Assembly (NCBI GenBank): GCA_964601045.1
Contig: CAZRLF010000001.1
Span: 134,402 to 198,401 of the forward strand
Direction of reading: 5' to 3'
Length of the DNA: 64,000 nucleotides
From: an uncultured Bacteriovoracaceae bacterium
GTDB taxonomy: Bacteria > Bdellovibrionota > UBA2394
Every line of letters starts with the position of its first letter. The stretch's first letter is position 1. Position numbers and translations under genes: made by a program. The notes beneath the pieces are model-generated. The model had not been told where the DNA came from and made no database searches. It worked only from the letters and a program-made list of their open reading frames with translations. This document shows, piece after piece, positions 1 through 6,460 of this stretch.

Positions 1-1
1 T

Positions 2-223
2 TTAGCATTCGAGAATTTTGCACAAGAATATGCAGAATCTGAACTTGCCGATAATGCCATTTATTGGATTGCGCAAATCTATCTTCAAAAAAATGAGGTG
101 GGCCTAGCCCGTGTTGAACTTGAGCGCTTGATAAAACTTTATCCCCATGGAGATCGGGCAAAACGTGCTTCTGCACGGCTACTCAGTCTTCCTGGTGGCG
201 AGACAGAAAAAAAAGGAAACTAA
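2..223 (+). CDS. 3' end of a TPR-repeat protein, CpoB/YbgF-like (partial; the window starts inside the gene)
   Basis: Frame-2 translation LAFENFAQEYAESELADNAIYWIAQIYLQKNEVGLARVELERLIKLYPHGDRAKRASARLLSLPGGETEKKGN* ends at TAA 221-223. The TPR-like 'AIYWIAQIYL...A...L..L...YP' repeat is typical of the YbgF/CpoB C-terminus. Not in the ORF track because it has no start codon in the window. Confidence 0.45.
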   Translation, partial: LAFENFAQEYAESELADNAIYWIAQIYLQKNEVGLARVELERLIKLYPHGDRAKRASARLLSLPGGETEKKGN

Positions 224-226
224 GAT

Positions 227-1609
227 ATGAAATCTCTCTTTCTCTTCGTCATTTTAACTAATATTTTTGCTGGCTCCCTCTTCGCTCAAATTCGCGGACA
301 AGATGAGTTTGATATAAAGCGATTTTCAATCACCGACGAAGAAGTCACCGTTACCAGAGAACACCTCTTGATGGACCGCTTAGATCCTTTGGGCACGGTC
401 AAAGGTTCGTATCTTTCGGGATCGTTCTTTTCAAATGATGATTTGGTTTATCTTAAGCTTAAAAACCAACAAGTTTCAGTGGGCGATAAAATGATGATTT
501 ACCAAGATAACGGCCCAGTCGAAATTCCGGGCAAATTTCAAAAATACACCGGTAAAGACATTCTGGTTAAGGGTTTTGCAGAAGTCACGAAAGTACAAGC
601 CGATGCCATCATTGCAAAACTTTACGACTGTTCAATGCAAATTCAAGTCGGCGATCAAATTATGAGCCCGATTGATCTCAATCTTAAGCTTGTTCCCAAA
701 GAGCCTAGCAAAATGATTCGAGGCATCGTCCTTCGCAGCTCTAAAAATCTAGGAATCATTGGCCCATATGACTATGTCTATTTGAATAAAGGCTCAAAAG
801 ATGGACTTGAAATCAACGATCGTCTGTATGTCTCTAAAAAAGCCGAACTCAATTGGGATGCTGGAAGCAAAGAAAAAAAGCCAGCGGTTAACGTTAGTGA
901 ACTCGTTGTTGTGCATACAGGTGAAAACGTTTCAACCGCTTATGTATTGGCATCCGAAAATTCATTTGCTCCCGGCTCTGTTTTTAAAAGCGCCATTTCG
1001 GATGTTCGATTTCTTAATGAACAAGACCTTCAAGCAGAGGCAGCTGCTCAGCCTACAACATCGCCCACCGATGAGTCCGAAGATGAAAAAGTGGCTGAAC
1101 AAGAAGATTTTGACTTTCAAAACTCAAGTTCTTACTTTCTGCTGGGCGCAGGAACATTTGAAACCATTGATCGTGATGGAATTCATCGCCCCTATTTTTC
1201 GGCGGTCGGTGAATTCGGTGGCGAAAAGTTTGCTATGCCTTTCAAATTTAATACTCTCAAATCTGAACACCAAGAAATTGATTTGGGATTAACCTATCAC
1301 AAGTTTTTTCAGCCCTTTTCATCCTCACAGATCCAACTGGTTTTAGGAGCTGGTCCAAATATCAATTACGGATTTGTTCATGGAAAGAGCCTTTCAGGTC
1401 AAACAATTGAACTTGGTATAATGTTAACCGCACAAGCCCGGGCCTATTTTTCTGATACACTGTTCTTCTTTGCTAGCCCACTCGAACCAACGATTTCGTT
1501 TTGGCACTATGCTTATGCTAAGACCAAAGGCTTCAAAGCCACAACTGAATCAGAGTTCGATGTGCGCGGTAGAATTTATACTTCAGTCGGCCTCGGTTGG
1601 AATTTCTGA
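227..1609 (+). CDS. Secreted outer-membrane protein: N-terminal soluble domain, acidic linker and a C-terminal beta-barrel-like region ending in Phe
   Basis: The signal peptide MKSLFLFVILTNIFAGSLFAQ is followed by an acidic low-complexity linker (EQDLQAEAAAQPTTSPTDESEDEKVAEQEDFDF). The C-terminal roughly 150 aa show an alternating hydrophobic pattern and a terminal ...GLGWNF, the aromatic C-terminus typical of OMP barrels. Confidence 0.6.
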   Translation: MKSLFLFVILTNIFAGSLFAQIRGQDEFDIKRFSITDEEVTVTREHLLMDRLDPLGTVKGSYLSGSFFSNDDLVYLKLKNQQVSVGDKMMIYQDNGPVEIPGKFQKYTGKDILVKGFAEVTKVQADAIIAKLYDCSMQIQVGDQIMSPIDLNLKLVPKEPSKMIRGIVLRSSKNLGIIGPYDYVYLNKGSKDGLEINDRLYVSKKAELNWDAGSKEKKPAVNVSELVVVHTGENVSTAYVLASENSFAPGSVFKSAISDVRFLNEQDLQAEAAAQPTTSPTDESEDEKVAEQEDFDFQNSSSYFLLGAGTFETIDRDGIHRPYFSAVGEFGGEKFAMPFKFNTLKSEHQEIDLGLTYHKFFQPFSSSQIQLVLGAGPNINYGFVHGKSLSGQTIELGIMLTAQARAYFSDTLFFFASPLEPTISFWHYAYAKTKGFKATTESEFDVRGRIYTSVGLGWNF

Positions 1610-2430
1610 AACTCATAGAACTCTAATTCTTTTGAATCAATAAGAAGCTTGGCTCCCTCATCAATGAGAGCCTGGCTTCCTGCAAAATTTTCGTCACCCA
1701 ATATAGGCCTCAGCACGTAAATCTCTCGCCCCATCTCTAAAGCTGCGCGAGCGGTCGAAAGACTTCCGCTTTTGGCATGAGCTTGCGCCAAAAAAAGCAC
1801 ATCCGAAAGAGCAGCGATTAGACGATTTCTTTCAGGAAATGTGTGCGCTCGAGGCTCCAAATCAGGCGGATACTCACTGACCAAAGCTCCTCCCTGACGC
1901 ACTACAGTTTCAAAGAGTTTAATATGCGATCGAGGGTGAAGTTTATTAAATCCCCCTCCCAGAACAACGATGGTGTGTCCCCCTCCATTTAGTGCTGATT
2001 CATGTGCATCTCCGTCAATCCCGACGGCTCCGCCACTGACTATGGAATACCCTTTTTTTGCCCATAAAAAAGAAAGCTCACGAGCTAAACGCTTAGAATA
2101 CGGGGTGGGTTTTCTTGATCCGACCACAGCTGTGCGAACGCGATTTCCAAGATTCCCTCTTACATAAATACCAATTGGGGGCTGTGGAAGCTCCCAAAAT
2201 GATGGCGGATAGTCTTCATCAAACATCGAGATAAATTTTATTCGAGGATCAAGTCTGACCTCCGGAAGTGCCTGCAGATCAGCCTCTAATGGCTGAAGAA
2301 TAAGCCTCACCTTGTCTTCAGGCGAAAGATAAGCTTCGTCGGAGGCTTGAATCTGATTCCAAAGTTTAAAAAAAGGCCACCGCAGATGAACTGAGACTTT
2401 GAGTAATAACTGAGAAGAAAGCTGATTCAT
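1576..2430 (-). CDS. dprA: DNA processing protein DprA/Smf (Rossmann-fold domain only)
   Basis: Carries the conserved DprA motifs ...VVGSRKPTPYSKRLARELS...SGGAVGIDGDAHESALNGGGHTIVVLGGGFN...YPPDLEPRAHTFPERNRLIAALSD. Its 3' end overlaps that of the upstream OMP gene convergently by 34 nt. Confidence 0.85.
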   Translation of the reverse strand: MNQLSSQLLLKVSVHLRWPFFKLWNQIQASDEAYLSPEDKVRLILQPLEADLQALPEVRLDPRIKFISMFDEDYPPSFWELPQPPIGIYVRGNLGNRVRTAVVGSRKPTPYSKRLARELSFLWAKKGYSIVSGGAVGIDGDAHESALNGGGHTIVVLGGGFNKLHPRSHIKLFETVVRQGGALVSEYPPDLEPRAHTFPERNRLIAALSDVLFLAQAHAKSGSLSTARAALEMGREIYVLRPILGDENFAGSQALIDEGAKLLIDSKELEFYEFQKFQPRPTEV

Positions 2431-2560
2431 TTATATGATGGCCGTGTACCTAAAGTCGATGCGCACGGCTAGTAGATTTGTTTTATGGCAATATCTTTCG
2501 TTATGCCTCAAGATTGATTAGCCTTCGTTCTTGAAGTATGAAAAGGTCTTGGCAAAAAAA

Positions 2561-3934
2561 ATGAGCTCCAACGAAAAACTTCATGTTCCAGTTATTACTC
2601 CCATCTCAGTGCGTGCTCGAATTGGTTATTTTTTTTGGCACATTGCCGTTGGCGCCTACAATACTTTAGTTGCTCTCTATATTATTGCGTGTGTTCTATC
2701 GAATCGAGTCTGGATGATTGGCAAAGAGCCGGCGCGAAAAAACTTTCGCCCTCGCAACCCTCAGAAGCGCTATAAGGTCGGAATTGTTAGTGAATATTAC
2801 TATCCCCATCTAGGTGGCTTAAGTGGAGATGTTCATTTTGCTGCAGTTGAGTTTGCAAAAATGGGTTACGACGTAAAGCTGATTACCTCTCATGTTGCAG
2901 AACCTCATAATATTCGCCACTCCGAACATGGCTTCGAGATTATCCGACTCGGTCGATCTATTCCTGTTATTGCCAACGGAAGCCTTGCCAAAATCAGCTT
3001 TGCTTTCAATTTAGGAACTCAAGTTAAACGAATGATTCGTGAGCACGAATTCGACGTCATTCATATTCACTGCCCTCTTACTCCCCTTCTTCCTTTACTT
3101 GTTCAGAGATATGCTGACTGCCCCATTATTGGACATCTTCATACTCTCATGCGCTCTAAGCCTTTCTTTTACACGATCTTTCAAAAGCAACTTTCTCGCA
3201 TTATGAACGATTTTGAAGGCAATATCGCGGTGAGTGAAGTTTGCGCCAAACCGTTTCGCGAGTGGTTCGGCTGTAATTTTGAAGTTATTCCTAACGGAGT
3301 ACCAGTTGCAGAATTTCAATCAAACCCTCCTAAAATCCCGAAATTCAACGATGGGGTAACAAATATCTTTTTTATCGGTAGAATGGAACCTCGCAACGGG
3401 ATCTCCGTTTTGATCGATGCATTCAGAATTATTCACAAAGAAGAACCAAAGACTAGACTTATCCTTGCAGGGGCCGGTCCACTTAAATCGTTTTATGAAG
3501 AGTCGATAGAAGATGAATTAAAACCTCATGTCCATTTTATTGGCCCTATTCTCGAAGAGAAAGCTCAGTATTTTACGACTGCTGATATCAATATTTGTCC
3601 AACGACTCGAGTCGCCTCTCTTGGAGTTACTTTTCTTGAAAGCTTAGCTTCAGGAAAACCGACGGTGGCCAGCGATATCGCTGCCTTTAACGAAACCGCG
3701 GAGAATGGCAAAGAATGTCTCATGGCTAATCCCGACAAACCTGAGGAATTTGCGAATCAAGTTTTAAGAATTATCCGTGAGCCCGGACTTGGCGCGATGA
3801 TTGCGCGAAGAGGGCTATTAAAAATGCAAAAGCAATATGATTGGTCATCGATCATTGCTCGTGTTGATGCATTTACTGAAGAAACTCTTAGACCTGGTCA
3901 GAGCGCAAAGACTGAGCAGGCTCAATCGAAATGA
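2561..3934 (+). CDS. Family-4 (GT-B) glycosyltransferase, PimA-like, with an N-terminal membrane anchor
   Basis: YKVGIVSEYYYPHLGGLSGDVHF resembles the PimA-type N-terminus, and the C-terminal motif GVTFLESLASGKPTVASDIAAFNETAENGKECLMANP matches the GT4 E-x7-E region. The hydrophobic segment IGYFFWHIAVGAYNTLVALYIIACVL lies upstream of the catalytic domain. The ORF track starts at TTG 2531; ATG 2561 (MSSNEKL) is chosen here and ATG 2714 is also possible. Confidence 0.75.
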   Translation: MSSNEKLHVPVITPISVRARIGYFFWHIAVGAYNTLVALYIIACVLSNRVWMIGKEPARKNFRPRNPQKRYKVGIVSEYYYPHLGGLSGDVHFAAVEFAKMGYDVKLITSHVAEPHNIRHSEHGFEIIRLGRSIPVIANGSLAKISFAFNLGTQVKRMIREHEFDVIHIHCPLTPLLPLLVQRYADCPIIGHLHTLMRSKPFFYTIFQKQLSRIMNDFEGNIAVSEVCAKPFREWFGCNFEVIPNGVPVAEFQSNPPKIPKFNDGVTNIFFIGRMEPRNGISVLIDAFRIIHKEEPKTRLILAGAGPLKSFYEESIEDELKPHVHFIGPILEEKAQYFTTADINICPTTRVASLGVTFLESLASGKPTVASDIAAFNETAENGKECLMANPDKPEEFANQVLRIIREPGLGAMIARRGLLKMQKQYDWSSIIARVDAFTEETLRPGQSAKTEQAQSK

Positions 3935-5016
3935 AAAAACTGGCAGATAAAGCCATGCAGTCCAAATGGGGACGCTTAGGCATCTTGATTATGGGCGCTT
4001 GTATTAGCGTGATCTGTCTTTACCTTGCATTTCAAAAAATAGATCTCAAAAATTTCTCACGGCACCTGTTCGCAATGAATATTGGCGCACTCCTTGCAGC
4101 AATTGCTCTTATGCAATTTAATAACTTTATACTGGCTAAACGGTGGGCTTTGCTACTGCAGCCCTTAAAATATGTTCCTTACTGGACTGCATTTTGGAGC
4201 CTAAGAATTTCGTTTTTCTTTAATGCTACCCTGCCGGCGCGGTTGGGCGAACCTTTTCGCATCTTCTACGTAAATCGAAAAACAAAACTTCCCATGACGA
4301 AAGCCATCGGTGCGATGGCTGCGGATCGATTTATTGATTTTACGACTATGCTTGCCGTTCTTTACGTTTCGGTGATCGTTCTCGGAATTCGCGGAAGTTT
4401 AGCTACTACTAAAACAATTGCCGCGAGCTTAGTTCTTGGAATTCTCACTCTCCTTGCACTTGCTAAACTGCCCCGCGGATCAAAATGGACGTGGCTCGAT
4501 AGAGTCTTAAAAGTTCGCGCCAGTATTTTTGAGGGGATGACTCCTCTATTGCGATGGAAAACTCTTCTTCCCACTTTGCCCTTGAGTTTTTTGGCATGGT
4601 TTTTTCACGGACTCACAATTGTCATTTTTTCTTACGGTGTGGGCGAGCCCATCAGTCTCTTTAAAGCTTTTGTCGTTGTAGCCAGCGTCACTGTGGCCAT
4701 TGCCATTCCTTCGAGTCCGGGCCATATAGGAACATTTGAATTGGGAGCTATGACGGCTCTTCGTTACTTTGGAGTTCCCTTTGAGGCGGCAGCAACAATT
4801 GCCGTGCTCTATCATATGGTTCAGCTCATTCCGACTCTGCTGATTGGGGCATACGGCTATTATTTTCATTTCTTAAAACTGCCTCAGAAGAAAGTTTCTT
4901 CTTCAGACAATAAAACCACCCATCTTCAATCTTCTAAGCAGGAATTTATTTTAGACTTTGATATGCCTTCGACAAATTCGTCTGAAAACGAAACTTCAAA
5001 AATTGTTTATCACTAA
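3931..5016 (+). CDS. Polytopic membrane protein, flippase-like domain (UPF0104 / lysyl-PG-synthase TM-region family)
   Basis: About 8 predicted TM helices. The N-terminus ...GRLGILIMGACISVICLYLAFQKIDLKNFSRHL...LLAAIALMQFNNFILAKRWALLLQPL is typical of the flippase-like family that accompanies glycosyltransferases. The ATGA start overlaps the GT4 stop, indicating an operon. Confidence 0.55.
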   Translation: MKKLADKAMQSKWGRLGILIMGACISVICLYLAFQKIDLKNFSRHLFAMNIGALLAAIALMQFNNFILAKRWALLLQPLKYVPYWTAFWSLRISFFFNATLPARLGEPFRIFYVNRKTKLPMTKAIGAMAADRFIDFTTMLAVLYVSVIVLGIRGSLATTKTIAASLVLGILTLLALAKLPRGSKWTWLDRVLKVRASIFEGMTPLLRWKTLLPTLPLSFLAWFFHGLTIVIFSYGVGEPISLFKAFVVVASVTVAIAIPSSPGHIGTFELGAMTALRYFGVPFEAAATIAVLYHMVQLIPTLLIGAYGYYFHFLKLPQKKVSSSDNKTTHLQSSKQEFILDFDMPSTNSSENETSKIVYH

Positions 5017-5774
5017 ACGTCTTTAAGACTTACAAACTGATAGCCCTTATCTTTAAGCCCTCGAATAATTTGGGAAAGAGCTTCAGCCGTCTGTGCTCGG
5101 TCAGGATTTAACTTAGCTCCGTCTCCATCGTGTAGGAGAAGAATTTCGCCTGCTTTTAATTGAAGTGAACGTTCCACGATCACCGAAACTCCAGGTCGCT
5201 TAGAATCCCAGACTCCCCTGCCCCAACCACACAAAATCCAACCTCGCCTTTTTAATTCTCGAACGCCGAAAAAATTTTTAAAACCATGAGGAAATCGAAA
5301 TAGATTATCATGTTCAATTCCTAAAGACTTAAAGGCAGCTTCAGTTTGATCGAGTTCTTTTTTTATAAATTCAGGGTTCTTCAAATGCATTTTTGTATGC
5401 GAAAAGGCATGAAGCCCCACTCCATGACCTTCGTTTTTAATTCGTCTGGCAATTTCGGGATGTCTTAGAAGATTTGATCCCAATAAAAAAAATGTGGCCT
5501 TAATCTTTTCAGTATTTAGAGTATCTAAAATTTTACTGGTCCATTCACTCGGCCCATCGTCAAATGTAAGTGCTATGGCACGCGGCCCTGCTTTTTTCAC
5601 ATTGAGGAGTGCTTTTCCAAAAAAATTCCATTTTGGATAAATCATCTCCGCACCGAGTAAAGCGGCAAGCATAAAAAGAAGACCCAGCGGCCAAGCTAAA
5701 ACCCAAAGCAGTAAATCGAGGCCGCAAAGTGCAAAAACTATGAAGGTTACCTTGAGCCGAACTTTAAGAGGCAT
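5013..5774 (-). CDS. Polysaccharide deacetylase (NodB homology domain, CE4) with an N-terminal TM anchor
   Basis: Carries the NodB motif-1 IALTFDDGPSEWTSKILDTLNTEKIKATFFLLG plus the His motifs HGVGLHAFSH and LLLHDGDG. The N-terminus has a hydrophobic anchor. Confidence 0.8.
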   Translation of the reverse strand: MPLKVRLKVTFIVFALCGLDLLLWVLAWPLGLLFMLAALLGAEMIYPKWNFFGKALLNVKKAGPRAIALTFDDGPSEWTSKILDTLNTEKIKATFFLLGSNLLRHPEIARRIKNEGHGVGLHAFSHTKMHLKNPEFIKKELDQTEAAFKSLGIEHDNLFRFPHGFKNFFGVRELKRRGWILCGWGRGVWDSKRPGVSVIVERSLQLKAGEILLLHDGDGAKLNPDRAQTAEALSQIIRGLKDKGYQFVSLKDV

Positions 5775-5788
5775 AGGATTAATTTAGT

Positions 5789-5824
5789 CAAAAAAAAGCC
5801 CCTGGAAAGGTTTTTTCCAGGGGT
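5789..5824 (-). terminator. Intrinsic (rho-independent) terminator read on the minus strand, 22 nt upstream of the deacetylase start codon
   Basis: On the minus strand the element reads CCCCTGGAAA-aaacc-TTTCCAGGGG followed by CTTTTTTTTG. This is a 10-bp GC-rich stem (plus 5799-5808 and 5814-5823) with a U-tract (complement of the A-run 5790-5797). Confidence 0.7.
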
Positions 5825-6060
5825 TCAAGTTACGTCTTTACGGCAACTTTAAATGTGTATTCGGTGACACACTTTCTGAAGATCTAGTGGGACCTCCAGA
5901 AGGCAGCCACCGAACGTAATTCACATAACGTCACGGCACCACCTCCTTCCTGTTCTCTCGTGAGAACAACTTTAAGGTATCATGGTCTTCAGTAATTGTC
6001 TAAGCGCGCCGCTCGCATGGATTTTTTGTGGCTAAGCAACTGAGGATGTTTTATTGATAG
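5797..6060 (-). ncRNA. Candidate structured RNA, either a cis-regulatory leader/attenuator/riboswitch-like element for the deacetylase gene or an independent small RNA; class not identified
   Basis: The 293-bp intergenic region is GC-richer than its surroundings and holds no ORF. The minus-strand reading contains a long enclosed hairpin CTGAAGA...TCTTCAG (plus 5876-5992, about 117 nt). Inside it lie an inner perfect hairpin GTTCTC-ACGA-GAGAAC and a further hairpin TGTGT-caccgaa-TACACA. The element ends in the intrinsic terminator described above. Confidence 0.35.
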
Positions 6061-6067
6061 ATATCAA

Positions 6068-6460
6068 ATGTTCGCAAAAGTTACAGAAGGAATTCGCATC
6101 GAAGTTCAGCCTCTTTATATTCCTGAAGAATCAAACCCGCGCGAACAGAGATTCTTTTTTGCCTATCGCGTAATGATTCAAAATATAGGTAGCGAAAGTG
6201 TGCAGCTTCTGAATCGTCATTGGATTATCCTCGATAATCTCGGCAATTCTGAAGAAGTCAAGGGACCTGGCGTGGTCGGCAAGCAGCCTACTTTGCCGCC
6301 AGGAACAGCATTCGAATATACAAGCTACTGCCCACTTAGAACACCAACAGGAAGCATGCGAGGCACCTACGAATTCATTCGCACAGACGGATCAAAATTC
6401 TTAGCTGAAATTCCTGAATTCGATTTAATCAAACCCGACGCTCGCCCCACTCTACATTAA
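6068..6460 (+). CDS. apaG: ApaG (DUF525) protein
   Basis: MFAKVTEGIRIEVQPLYIPEESNPREQRFFFAYRVMIQNIGSESVQLLNRHWIILDNLGNSEEVKGPGVVGKQPTLPPG matches ApaG across its full length. Confidence 0.85.
   Translation: MFAKVTEGIRIEVQPLYIPEESNPREQRFFFAYRVMIQNIGSESVQLLNRHWIILDNLGNSEEVKGPGVVGKQPTLPPGTAFEYTSYCPLRTPTGSMRGTYEFIRTDGSKFLAEIPEFDLIKPDARPTLH

Noticed and set aside
801-1292. Overlapping ORFs nested in or antisense to large genes (for example 801-1292, 1970-2167, 3095-3319, 4362-4869, 6481-7116, 7672-8023, 11156-11485, 12107-12718, 15907-16164, 20307-20852, 24381-24943, 29181-29843, 41175-41466, 45204-45562, 48076-49003, 52012-52359, 56060-56503, 59767-60123)
   Set aside because: Each lies inside a longer ORF that has clear domain signatures or coherent composition. 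None has a signal, an RBS or recognisable motifs. Such ORFs are common in the alternative frames of long genes, especially when alternative start codons are allowed.
5876-5992. 4.5S SRP RNA identity for the 117-nt hairpin (plus-strand AGAAGGCAGCCA vaguely resembles the GGAAGGAAGCAGCCA domain-IV motif)
   Set aside because: The conserved helix-8 internal loops and the GGAA tetraloop arrangement could not be reconstructed on either strand. 6S RNA and other classes also failed to fit. It is left as an unclassified structured RNA.
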